From NCBI RefSeq assembly GCF_006345805.1, contig NC_043023.1:10726001-10790000 (forward strand): a DNA stretch of 64,000 nt, given 5' to 3'. The stretch is from Octopus sinensis. Lineage: Eukaryota. A program made the position numbers and the translations under genes. Position 1 is the stretch's first letter. Every line of letters starts with the position of its first letter. Positions 11,813 to 23,529 of this stretch are shown here, piece after piece. The notes beneath the pieces were generated by a model, which did not search any database, was not told the origin of the DNA, and worked only from the letters and a program-made list of their open reading frames with translations.

Positions 11813-12040
11813 ATATATATATTGCTGTTGCATATATTTCCTTTATCTCTTGTCTTTCACTTATTTCAGTCATTGGAATTTGGACACATTCGGCCACCGC
11901 CTTAGATGGCGTGGATTAAGAAATTGAGCCTAATATGTATTTCATAGGTTTGTTTCTTCCGTTACGTTAAGTTACTGAGATGGAAACTAACGAATCCTGT
12001 TTTGCCACGCGGTGGAAGGACAAACACAAACACAAAGCCA

Positions 12041-12081
<41 letters not shown>

Positions 12082-12504
12082 CACGTTGCTTCATGTTCAA
12101 TTTTAGTATACATTATAACAAACTATAAATATGCTGAGAGAAAAATTGTGCATAAGAGCAATCAGATGTAATGTGCAAAAGAGAAGACTTCATTTGTATG
12201 GTTATGTGATGAGATTGATGAGGACAGCTTTATAAAGAATTGTCTCTCACCAAATGTGGGTGTTGGAACCTGTGGAACTTATAGGTCCAAGACCGTGGTC
12301 GATGTGGTGCAGATGGTTCTCAGGGTTTTTGGTTTAGCCACATTGAGCATATTACAAAGGATCACGGTGATTAGTGATTCAACATCCTCGAGAAAAGCTG
12401 TCCATCTCAGCATATGAGATTAATAAAGAGTATTTTTTTTAATTCCAAGCCCATGCAACTAGTTTATACATTCCAAACCTCCTCCCCTATAACTCATACT
12501 TTCT

Positions 12505-12872
12505 CTTTTACTCTTTTACTTGTTTCAGTCATTTGACTGCGGCCATGCTGGAGCACCACCTTTAGTACTTATTCTATCGGTCTCTTTTGCCGAACCGGCT
12601 AAGTGACGGGGATGTAAACACACCAGCATCGGTTGTCAAGCAATGCTAGGGGGACAAACACAGACGCAAAACATATACAACACACTTTATATATATATAT
12701 ACACATATACGACAGGCTTCTTTCAGTTTCCGTCTACCAAATCCACTCACAAGGCATTGGTCGGCCCGGGGCTATAGCAGAAAACACTTGCCCAAGATGC
12801 CACGCAGTGGGACTGAACCCGGAACCATGTGGTTGGTTAGCAAGCTACTTACCACACAGTCACTCCTGCGCC
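12505..12872 (-). mobile_element. SINE family A
   Basis: Tail-to-head reverse complement of family A. Confidence 0.9.
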
Positions 12873-13421
12873 TTCATCCACGCCCAACCTTCATCCACCC
12901 ATCTAACTATAGCAATCTTTCTCTCCCTCTTCTCAGATGATGCGGTCATACGAAGCAGAACGTCACATATTTCATTTCCACACTTGAGTCCTGCCAGTTT
13001 TTCCTCTTCTTAGATTCATTACCCTTGTTACCCATCCTGACCTACCAGCATCATCATCCCTTGACGCTATATTTCCACTGATCACCCCTTTCTCCTGAAA
13101 ATCCTTTCGCATCTAACATCGAAGTCCAACCTTTTTTGTATCTCTGACCTCTGTGTCTGTCACTGTGCATGGTTGATTCCCAACCATGTTACTCTTGGAT
13201 TTAGTCTCAGTTTAGCTTCCTTTACCAGATCAATATCCTGTATTATCTGTCTTCTGTTCTTTCTATATGTCTATCATGTCAGCAGTGTTCCATAAAACGG
13301 TTGAGCTTCAGAGCAATATTATTTTTATTATTTTCTTCCAATCTTCCCGTCTTCATATTACTTTAAATCTTGTGTCTAAAGTTAACTTCTTGGAGTAAGT
13401 ATTTTTTTTTTTTTTTTGGTG

Positions 13422-13740
13422 AGGGCGCGTGGCTTAGTGGTTAGGGCATTCGGCTCATGATCGTAAGGTTGTGAGTTCGATTCCCGGCGACGCGTTGTGT
13501 CCTTGAGCAAGACACTTTATTTCACGTTGCTCCAGTCCACTCAGCTGGCAAAAATGAGTTGTACTTGTATTTCAAAGGGTCAGCCTTGTCACTCTCTGTG
13601 TCACGCTGATTATCCCCGAGAACTACGTTAAGGGTACACGTGTCTGTGGAATGCTCAGCCATTTGCACGTTAATTTCACAAGCAAGCTGTTCCGTTGATC
13701 GTATCAGCTGGGACCCTCGTCGTCGTAACCGGCGGAGTCT
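13422..13740 (+). mobile_element. tRNA-derived SINE (head 2, gtgtccttgagcaagacact body, tail X)
   Basis: A box tggcttagtgg and B box gagttcgattccc; 3' half matches the tail of 1990-2374; taagtatttt on both flanks. Confidence 0.85.
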
Positions 13741-14099
13741 TTTTTTTTAAGTATTTTGTATCTTAATGTGGTGTATAGATAGATAAATTATATCCCATAC
13801 TCTGTAATGGACTCTTCATTATAAAATATGTCTTAATAATACCTGATAATCATTTATAAGATTTATTAATCTCATCTTCTGATGTGTTGAGCAAATTTCT
13901 TTTATAGGTGAGTCTTCCTTAAACTAACGTCAAGAATAATCAAATATGTGTGTCTTTTGAAACTATTGAAACATAGTGATGATCACAGAATTGGAAATGA
14001 TATATAAATTCATAAAGAATGTAGTTACTTATAACTATTTCCATCAGCTTTGAGGTGTTGGAATTTGTTGTTGTGTAGTTCTAGGCAAGACCTGATCAA

Positions 14100-14740
14100 G
14101 AACACGATAATGAAGAGATTGAAGTGGTTGATGATTTCATTTTCCTTGGCTCCAAAATAAATCGAGATGGTGACTCCACTCCAGAAATAAAACGGCGGAT
14201 AGTACTAGGCAGAGAGGCAATGGTCAGCATGAGCAGGGTCTGGAAGTGTAGAGACATCAGACTCGCTACCAGATGCAGATTGGTGAATGCAATTGTCTTC
14301 CCAATAGCAACATATGGATGCGAGACCTGGACACTAAAGAAAGCTGACCAGAAGAGAATTAATGCATTCGAGCTTTGGTGTTGGAGAAGACTTTTACGGA
14401 TTCCATGGACAGCGAGGCTCACCAATGGAGAAGTTCTTAAGCAGATCAGGCCGAAAATGTCGCTAGAAGCTAGGATCACCAAGGCGTAGATTGGCATATT
14501 TCGGTCACATAATCGGAGAAAATCCCTGGAGAAGGACATCATGCTCGGAATGGTCAGTGGCAGAGCAAGAGAGGAAGAGGCCGACCAAGAACCCGCTGGC
14601 TTGACACCATCAAGAGTGATACCAGAATGGACATAGCCAATCTGAAAGAAGCGGCCCAGGATAGAACTGACTGGAGGACACTGATCCAACGAGTGGCCGA
14701 GAGCCGACTTTGACTGAGCGGATAGAGAGAGAGAGAGTGA
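14100..14740 (+). mobile_element. RTE (BovB-like) LINE 3' fragment, RT C-terminus
   Basis: VDDFIFLGSKI...EIKRRI...IATYGCETWTL...RINAFELWCWRRLLRIPWTAR and RTRWLDTIK...AAQDRTDW; stop and frameshift present. Confidence 0.9.
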
Positions 14741-15024
14741 GTTGAATGACTAAGTATGATCCATAGATCCGTAACACAAGGTATATAATATCTCTACCTG
14801 GTTGAGCTGTTCCATAAATCAATAAATTCATGGCTCTAGATGTAGTGTTCCCGCCTAACTGATGTATGATCCACGGATCCATAGATCAAGATATGTCTGC
14901 ATCTTGCCAAGATCCATAGATAATTGCTGAAATATATATGTCTCAACTTAGCTAATCAGCAGGCTGCACATTCCAATATGCAGGATTTCTTTGTAACCTA
15001 TTTGAGTATAATAAGCGGAGTAAC

Positions 15025-15310
15025 ACTTTTACTCTTTACTCTTTTACTCTTTTACTTGTTTCAGTCATTTGACTGCGGCCATGCTGCAGCACCGCCTTTA
15101 GTCGAGCAAATCGACCCCGGGACTTATTCTATGTAAGCCCAGTACTTATTCTATCGGTCTCTTTTGCCGAACCGCTAAGTGACGGGGACGTAAACACACC
15201 AGCATCGGTTGTCAAGCAATGCTAGAGGGACAAACACAGACACACAAACATATACACACACATACATACACACATACATACATACATACATACATACATA
15301 CATACATACA

Positions 15311-15358
<48 letters not shown>

Positions 15359-15522
15359 CGACAGGCTTCTTTCAGTTTCCGTCTACCAAACACACTCACA
15401 AGGTTTTGGTCGGCCCGAAGCTATAGCAGAAGACACTTGCCCAGGATGCCACGCAGTGGGACTGAACCCGGAACCATGCACTTGGTAAACAAGCTACTTA
15501 CCACACACCCACTCCTGCGCCT
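15025..15522 (-). mobile_element. SINE family A with internal (TACA)n
   Basis: Reverse complement of family A. Confidence 0.9.
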
Positions 15523-15581
15523 ATGTAGCATCTAATCTAGAGAAAGAACGACTGCTCGGTTTATTAGCATCAGGAAAAACA

Positions 15582-15952
15582 TCTCTCTATATATAACGGC
15601 AGTTTGTCTGTGTGCGTGTCTGTGTGTCTGTTAGGTTGTACCCTCACCCTGACACGGCTTTCAACCGATTCTGATGAAACTTGACACACCATAGCCCAAT
15701 GTCATAATTCAAAACTAACGCAGCGAAAATTTTGAAAAGTTCCCCCAGTTCTGAAAAAAATCGATAAATTCGACATGGGGTCGAGAATCAAAACAACGAA
15801 CCACAAACTGTCTAGGGGACGCAACTCCACCTTTTTTAAATCTCAAAAAAAAATTTACCATCATTTTTTCCCATTTTTTGGCTATAACTCTCTAAAAATG
15901 CTTTATAGTTATTTCCCTTACAAACCTGAGCAACGCCGGGCGATACTGCTAG
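15582..15952 (+). mobile_element. Non-autonomous Helitron
   Basis: A|TC start, subterminal hairpin cctgagcaacgccggg, CTAG|T end, no TSD. Confidence 0.85.
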
Positions 15953-16014
15953 TTCAGCTATAAATAATACTTAGAAAAACTGAACTTTTCATTGTTTATT
16001 TAATGTGAGGTCTT

Positions 16015-16157
16015 TGAATCATTGTCTTCACCTGAGCCCTATATGAATCATTGTCTTCACCTGAGCCCTATATGAATCATTGTCTTCACCTGAGCCCTAT
16101 ATGAATCATTGTCTTCACCTGAGCCCTATATGAATCATTGTCTTCACCTGAGCCCTA
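16015..16157. repeat. 29-bp minisatellite (~4.9 copies)
   Basis: gaatcattgtcttcacctgagccctatat at 16016, 16045, 16074, 16103, 16132. Confidence 0.95.
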
Positions 16158-16209
16158 AATGCAAATTATGTTTCCTTCATTCCTTTTCAGCACCTTTCAA
16201 TAAAACAGG

Positions 16210-16293
16210 ATGGCAACTGATTTGATTACGCAGAAAATTATGCAAATGAATACTGACTATGTTAGCGAATTTTTAAAAAAGAATCCAAATAAA
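16210..16293 (+). CDS. Putative first coding exon of the ankyrin-repeat gene (MATDLITQKIMQMNTDYVSEFLKKNPNK)
   Basis: Acceptor ccttttcag at 16190, ATG at 16210, donor aaa|gtaagc at 16294; phase 0 matches the acceptor at 19632 and gives ...LKKNPNK-ITVPDKYGNTPLHVAC. Confidence 0.6.
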
Positions 16294-16678
16294 GTAAGCT
16301 ACTCTCCATATCGTGTTTTCAAGCTTTATTATCAGTTATTTTATTTTTATCCTCAGTATTCAGGACTCCTGACTAATCACATAAATTTGTCCTTGACATT
16401 TCATTTCTTCCTTCACCTCCTCCCTTATCTTCATCATCATTACATTTTATAGATACTAAATTAAACCGCAAGGCGCGCCAGAGTTGATGGAATGTGAGTG
16501 TGAGAGAATCCTGGAATACTGGAATGCAGTATTGTGACAGGAAATATTCGATCCAAGAGATGAGAAACGGAAGGAGTCAATAGATGGGTGATAAATTTGT
16601 CAAGACGTTCTCAAGTTGAAGAGATTTACAGATGGCATGGTCTACACTGTGTCTTCTACAAAAGCTATCAAACATGAA

Positions 16679-17345
16679 GGCGTCGAGCTGGCAGAATCGT
16701 TAGCAGCTCGGGCGAAATGCTGAGAGCGATTCCGTCAGCCGTTACGTTCTGAGTTCAAATTCCGGCGAGGGCGACTTTGCCTTTCATCCTTTCGGGGTCG
16801 ATTAAATAAGTACCAGTTACGCACTGGAGTCGATATAATCGACTTAATCCGTTTGTCTGTCCTTGTTTGTCCCCTCTGTGTGTAGCCCCTTGTGGGTGGT
16901 AAAGAAATAGGTATTTCGCCCGCCGCTACGTTGTGAATTCAAATTCCGCCGAGGTCGACTTTGCCTTTCATCATTTCGGGGTCGATTAAGTAAGTACCAG
17001 TTACGCGCTGGGGTCGACATAATCGACTTAATCTCTTTGTCTGTCCTTGTTTGTCCCCTCTGTGTGTAGCCCCTTGTGGGTGGTAAAGAAATAGGTATTT
17101 CGCCCGCCGCTACGTTGTGAATTCAAATTCCGCCGAGGTCGACTTTGCCTTTCATCATTTCGGGGTCGATTAAGTAAGTACCAGTTACGTGCTGGGGTCG
17201 ACATAATCGACTTAATCTCTTTGTCTGTCCTTGTTTGTCCCCTCTGTGTTTAGCCCCTTGTGGGTAGTAAAGAAATAGGTATTTTGTCTGCCACCACGTT
17301 CTGAATTCAAATTCCGCCGAGGTCGACTTTGCCTTTCATCCTTTG
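16679..17345 (+). mobile_element. SINE family C with ~3.5 tandem copies of its ~182-bp 3' part
   Basis: Head ggcgtcgagctggcagaatcgttagc, then repeated gaattcaaattccgccgaggtcgactttgcc...agaaataggtat units. Confidence 0.85.
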
Positions 17346-17574
17346 AGCGTCGATAAGATATGCGTGGCACCTTGGGCAAAATATGCGTGGCAACTTGGGC
17401 AAGTGTCTTCTACTATAGCCTCGAGCCGACCAAAGCCTTGCGAGTGGATTTGGTAGACGGGAATTGAAAGAAGCCTGTCGTATACATGCATATATATATG
17501 TGTGTGTGTGTGAGTGTGTGTGTGTGTGTGTAATTATTGTCGCTGAAATAGCAACATCAAAACGTGACAATCGA

Positions 17575-18140
17575 CGTCTCTCAACAGGCTAACGTCCGTT
17601 AACGAACACTTGACAGGAATTACAGCCGTGTTTCGTGGTCTGCTACCACAACAGCTGCTTTATAGGATCCAGTTAGCTCAAGACATCATCAGGAGGAACC
17701 ATCTCCGGTTTCAGCCCCTACTCCTCTACCGTTTTGACGTGGCGGGTCCCTCCTCTTTTGGATGTGTCTTCAGCTCTGGTGTTGGGTGCATGTCTTCTTT
17801 CTTCTTCTTTCTTCTGTTCCCTGGCCTCTTCGATGTATCGTCAGCGAGTGTCAGTCGGTGACTGACTGTCTTGTCAAATTTCTCCCTTTAAATACCTGCC
17901 GCATAGGCTCCAGCAGGGCAGCCCCAGCAAGTTGTCACGTGACACTGTCTCACCTTAACTGACTAGTGAGGGCGCGTAGTTTTAGCCCGCGCTTTTTCTA
18001 AACGACCGTCACCTGTCAGAAGCTAATTCAGTCAGCTTGTCTCACCTAATGATGTTATTTCCCGTCGGCGTGTTTATGACTGAAGTTCCTATGACTGAAG
18101 ATTAACCACACGCTTGAAACACAAAGTACTAAGGAGTTTG
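17575..18140. other. Unassigned GC-richer repeat-like segment, possibly a retroelement remnant
   Basis: Higher GC and CpG than the flanks, stop-interrupted frames, degenerate hammerhead-like motif at 18086-18136. Confidence 0.3.
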
Positions 18141-18412
18141 AATCAAACTGTTTTGATCCATACATGTAACTTCCTTTAAATCTGTACAGTGCACATCTTT
18201 CTTTTGTCTTCTATCTCAAACATACTCACACACACACATCTATAAATATGAATCTATATTTAACTAAATTCTATATTTTTATGCAGCTGAAGATTGCTCC
18301 ACATTTTAAAAGTGATGTAATATTTGCACTGTTCAATTAAATGGAGTCGCATGAAACGATCGTACTGCATAGGTACCATATTCAACTGAATCTAAATTTT
18401 ACTGAACTTATA

Positions 18413-18481
<69 letters not shown>

Positions 18482-18487
18482 ATATAA

Positions 18488-18529
<42 letters not shown>

Positions 18530-18606
18530 TGTTATATATATATATATATTGTTATATATTGTTATATATATATAACAATGAACTTATATATATATATATA
18601 TATATA

Positions 18607-18954
18607 AATGAGGGTCTTTGCAACGTTGCTAGACCACATAGCGAAAGTATTAGAAATAGCAGCCAGAGGACTGTTATTTCGTTTTATTTCATTATTTTTC
18701 CTCGTTTGTTTTTTTTTTGCCATATAATGAGTTACAAATACTGTTGTCTGTGGCGACATATTTTTGTAGTAAAAGAAATAACAGTCCTCTGGCTGCTATT
18801 TCTAATACTTTCGGTATGTGGTCTAGCAACCTGATGCAAAGACACTCATTGTTATAATTATATAAACTTTTACCGAATATGGTCCTTTTCCATACCGAAA
18901 TACTACTTGGTGAAATTTGTTGATTTTATTAAATTAATTATATCTCACCCTTTA

Positions 18955-18955
<1 letters not shown>
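18607..18955. mobile_element. (TA)n-embedded fold-back insertion related to the 600-bp unit
   Basis: Inverted arms 18607-18680 and 18775-18850; shares ccacatac..gaa...tagaaatagcag and tacttggtgaaatt...caccc motifs with the satellite unit. Confidence 0.75.
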
Positions 18956-18998
<43 letters not shown>

Positions 18999-19134
18999 GA
19001 TATGAGTGTTTGCATCTACATATATTTGTAGATATATATGCATATATATGTAGGTGCCCCTTTTTAAGCGTAATTACAATATAAGCCTCACCTTTTTACC
19101 ATTTCTCCCGCACCATCATTACTCCTGTTCACTT

Positions 19135-19535
19135 TTTCTCTTTTACTCTTTTACTTGTTTCAGTCGTTTGACAGCGGCCATGCTGGAGCACCGCCTTTAA
19201 TCGAGCAACTCGACCCCGGGACTTATTCTTTGTAAGCCCAGTACTTATTCTATCGGTCTCTTTTGCCGAACCGCTAAGTAACGGGGACATAAACACACCA
19301 GCATCGGTTGTCAAGCAATGCTAGGGGGACAAACACAGACACACAAACACACACACACATATATATATATACATATATACGAAGGGCTTCTTTCAGTTTC
19401 CGTCTACCAAATCCACTCACAAGGCTTTGGTCGGGTCAAGGCTATAGTAGAAGACACTTGCCCAAGGTGCCACGCAGTGGGACTGAACCCGGAACCATGT
19501 GGTTGGTAAACAAGCTACTTACCACACAGCCACAC
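19135..19535 (-). mobile_element. SINE family A
   Basis: Reverse complement of family A. Confidence 0.9.
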
Positions 19536-19632
19536 TTTTTCTTTTCGCTTTGATTCACTTTTTCTCTTTCTGTTTTGTTTTTCTATTCTTGTACTGAGGC
19601 ATTATTTGTAATATGTCTTCTTTCTTTTTCAG

Positions 19633-21809
19633 ATCACTGTACCTGACAAATACGGTAACACACCCCTGCATGTGGCCTGTAGTGTTGGGCACACAAGCCT
19701 GGTGAAGAAGATGTTAATGCTTACACCCGACATTAATGTGGCGGATAAAGATCGTAACACTCCTCTCCATGTGGCCTGTCGGTGGGGACGCATCGGTGTT
19801 ATTGAGCATCTCCTGGTAACTAAACCTGATGTCACTGCAGTGAATAGTTACGGGAACACACCTCTACATCTGGCCTGTATCAATGACCACAAAGACGCTG
19901 CTAAAATACTACTACAGTCCAATCCTAGAGTTCGTGTGGTGAAAAATAAACGGAAAAGAACTTTAAATTTGCTGAATGGTGACGAAAGCATAGACATTGA
20001 TGAAAAACAATTACAATCCAAATCTAAAGATCCCGAGTTGAAAGAAAGTTGGAAAATATCTCGGAATCTGTTCTACAGGGATAAAAATACTGGAGATGAT
20101 GAAGAGCCAACAGAGCCTCATGTCGACTTGGTGAATAAATACAAACACACACCTCTACATTTGGCGTGTGTTAATGGAAGTACAGGCCTAATTAAACAGC
20201 TACTACTTTTTAAACCTGATATAAATATGGAGGATAAATATGGCTACACACCCCTGCACTGGCTTTGCTCTGGTGGACACACGGGTGTTGAAGTACTATT
20301 AATGTCTAAACCTGATGTAAATGTGGCAGATAAAGATGGTAATATACCTCTCCACCTGGCCTGTCGTGGTGGTGGGTACAGACTGACTGTGATGAAACAC
20401 TACTTGCACTGGTTCTGATATAATACCTAGTGAATAATGATGGTAACTCACCTTTGCATCTGGCGTGTGGTCGAGGACACACAGACACGGTGAAGCAGCT
20501 ACTGTTATCTAAACCCAATATAAACCTAATGAATAATGAAAGTAATACAGCTCTACATTTGGCCTGTGTTCGGGGACACACAGACATGGTGAAGCAGTTA
20601 CTGTTATCTAAACCTAATATAAATTTAGGGAATAGTGATGGTAACACGCCTCTACATCTGGCCTGTGTTCGTGGACACACAGACATGGTGAAGCAGCTCC
20701 TACTGCTTGAGCCTGATGTAAATGTACTGAATAATGATGATAACACACCGCTACACCTGGCTTGTCCTGATGGACACACAGACATACTGAAACAGCTATT
20801 ACTGTTTGAACTTGATGTGAATGTGGTGAATAAAGATGGTAACACACCGCTGCATCTGGCCTGTGGTCATGGACACACAAACATGGCTAAGCTCCTACTG
20901 TTCTCTAAGTCTGATGTTAATGTGGAAGATAAAGACGGCAACACGCCTCTACATCTGGCTTGTCGTGGTGGACACACAGACATGCTGAAACACCTACTAC
21001 TGTTTGATCCTGATATGAATGTAGTGAATAAAGATGGTGACACGCCCCTACTTCTGCTCTGTGTTCACGGACAAATAGACATGGTAAAACAGTTTCTGCT
21101 GTTTAAACCAGATGTAAATGTAGCGAATAAAAATGGCAACACAACTCTACATCTGGCTTGTGGTCATGGACACACAGATATCATGAAGCAGCTCCTACAA
21201 TCCAAAGCTACTGTCAATGTGAAGAATAACGATGGTAACACACCACTTCTTCTAGCGTGCCGTGGGGGACATATAGACATGGTGAAACAGCTATTCTTGT
21301 TTGAATCTGATGTAAATATCGCGAATAAAGATGGTAACACACCGCCACATCTTGCATGTGATCGTGGACACACGGATATCTTGAAGGAGCTCCTACTAAA
21401 TAAAGCTGCTGTCAATATGGCGAATAAAGCTGGTAACACACCACTTCACTTGGCATGTGTTCATGGACTCACAGACATGGTGAAGCAACTACTAACCTCT
21501 AAAGCTGATGTAAGTGTTGTGGATAAAGAAGGTAACACACCTTTACATCTGGCCTGCCTTGGTGGACACATAGACATGGTGAAGCAGTTAATGCTCTCTG
21601 AATCTGATGTAAGTGCAAGGGATAAAGATGGTAACACGCCCTTACATCTAGCCTGTGCTCAGGGACACACGGACATGGTGAAGCAGCTACTGCACTCTAA
21701 CGCTGATACAGATGCGGTGAATAAAGATGGTAAGACACCGCTATACCTGGCTAATAGTAACGGAGACATAGATGTGGTGAAGCAGCTCCTGCTATACAAA
21801 CTGAAGTAA
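19633..21809 (+). CDS. Ankyrin-repeat protein, large intronless exon (~20 repeats; frameshifts near 20400 and 21800)
   Basis: Acceptor ttctttttcag at 19632. ORF 19633-20418 has 6 GNTPLHxAC-type repeats and ORF 20430-21809 has 14; 33-aa period. Degenerate repeats continue to ~22380. Confidence 0.9.
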
Positions 21810-21928
21810 ACGTGGCGAATAAAGATTGTGTCGCACAAATATATATATCCGGCATGAGTTGAGAAGGCACAGACGGTGTGAAAGTGCTCTTGTTGTCTAA
21901 AGCTGGAGTCAATGTCGTGGATAACAAT

Positions 21929-22346
21929 ATTTGTTTCTTTCTTTACTACCCACAAGGGGCTAAACACAGAGGGGACAAACAAGGACAGACAAACGGATTA
22001 AGCCGATTACATCGACCCCAGTGCGTAACTGGTACTTAATTTATCGACCCTGAAAGGATGAAAGGCAAAGTCGACCTCGGTGGAATTTGAACTCAGAACG
22101 TAACGGCATACGAAATACCTATTTCTTTACTACCCACAAGGGGCTAAACACAGAGGGGACAAACAAGGACAGACAAACGGATTAAGCCGATTACATCGAC
22201 CCCAGTGCGTAACTGGTACTTAATTTATCGACCCCGAAAGGATGAAAGGCAAAGTCGACCTCGGCGGAATTTGAACTCAGAACGTAACGGTAGACGAAAT
22301 ACGGCTACGCATTTCGCCCGTCGTGCTAACGATTCTGCCAGCTCGC
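21929..22346 (-). mobile_element. SINE family C (duplicated 3' part) with 13-bp TSD
   Basis: TSD cgtggataacaat at 21916-21928 and 22347-22359. Confidence 0.9.
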
Positions 22347-22452
22347 CGTGGATAACAATGTTACCACATCTCTGCATTTCCTATTCTTCTGTAATTCAGC
22401 AATAATCTAAAATATCCAAATCATTTTCATTCATCTTTTCAATGGGGTTTTA

Positions 22453-22703
22453 TTGAGCCTGATGTAAATGTACTGAATAATGATGATAACACACCGCTAC
22501 ACCTCGCTTGTCCTGATGGACACACAGACATACTGAAACAGCTATTACTGTTTGAACTTGATGTGAATGTGGTGAATAAAGATGGTAACACACCGCTGCA
22601 TCTGGCCTGTGGTCATGGACACACAAACATGGCTAAGCACCTACTGTTCTCTAAGTCTGATGTTAATGTGGAAGATAAAGACGGCAACACGCCTCTACAT
22701 CTG
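22453..22703 (+). repeat. 251-bp near-identical copy of ankyrin exon segment 20707-20957
   Basis: Only two substitutions seen by eye (ctgg>ctcg, gctcc>gcacc); the flanks are unrelated. Confidence 0.9.
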
Positions 22704-22804
22704 CACAATCCCACCATGGGTTGTTGTGAGACTTTCTTTTACAGCATGTTGTTGTCATTTGAGTAGATTTTTTACTTCATCTCACCCATTACCTCAATAC
22801 TATG

Positions 22805-23105
22805 TGGAGGCACATGGCCTAGTGGTTAGAGCAGCGGACTCGCGGTCGAGGGTTCGCGGATTCGAATCTCAAACCGGGCGATGTGTGTGTTTATGAGCGA
22901 AACACCTAAGCTCCACGCGGCTCTGGCAGAAGGTAATGGAGAACTTCTGCTGACTCTTTCGCCACAACTTTCTCTCACTCTTTCCTCCTGCATCTTGCAG
23001 CTCACCTGCGACGGACCGGCATCTCGTCCAGGTGGGGAACCTATACGCCAAGGAAACCGGCCCTTATGAGCCAGGCATGGCTCGAGAAGGAACAAACAAA
23101 AACAA
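22805..23105 (+). mobile_element. tRNA-derived SINE (head 1, tail Y)
   Basis: A and B boxes; attacctcaata at 22788-22799 and 23106-23117 is a probable TSD. Confidence 0.85.
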
Positions 23106-23529
23106 ATTACCTCAATATTACGGGTTCGAATTCTTTCCCTTCATTCAGTTCATGTAAAACACTACATTTCGCGTAAAATACCCCTTTCTTTGATCCTTGT
23201 AGTAAATACAGAATGATTACGATACGATTTTTAGTTTTGTCTCTTTATGTTGCAAGTTCAAATCCTACCAGAATCTATTGTTACTCTGGGATCAGTAAGA
23301 TGTGCGCCAGTAATGCCCCAGGACCAATGTTGTCTGTCATAGCCTCGGATTAACCCAAAACATTTAAAGTGAAATTGTGGAGAAGCATATTAGACGGAAT
23401 GCATGTGGTTGGTAAGCAAGCTACTTACCACACAGCCACTCCTGCGCCTACCACACAAACCAAAAAACCACATCTGAATTGGAACTTCATCATGTTTCAT
23501 AAGATCTTATTTTTATCAAATTTTATCGA

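Noticed and set aside
12633-13013. Recurrent ORFs starting MSSNARGTNTD... or containing [29 protein letters not shown] (many loci)
   Set aside because: Antisense translations of SINE family A, not a protein family.
15668-15690. ctgatgaaac in the Helitron at 15582
   Set aside because: No stem II between CTGATGA and GAAA; part of the Helitron 5' region.
16015-16157. CRISPR-like appearance of the 29-bp and 64-bp (23690-24335) repeats
   Set aside because: Units are contiguous with no unique spacers, no cas genes are present, and the context is eukaryotic.
18286-18371. Candidate internal ankyrin-gene exon (ttttatgcag ... atag|gtacca)
   Set aside because: In-frame TAA in phase 0 and length not a multiple of three; direct 16293-19633 splicing already fits.
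20306-21982. Minus-strand ORFs over the ankyrin exon and alternative-frame ORFs over the ZNF exons (e.g. 28149-28361, 57385-57654)
   Set aside because: Shadow frames produced by repetitive coding sequence.
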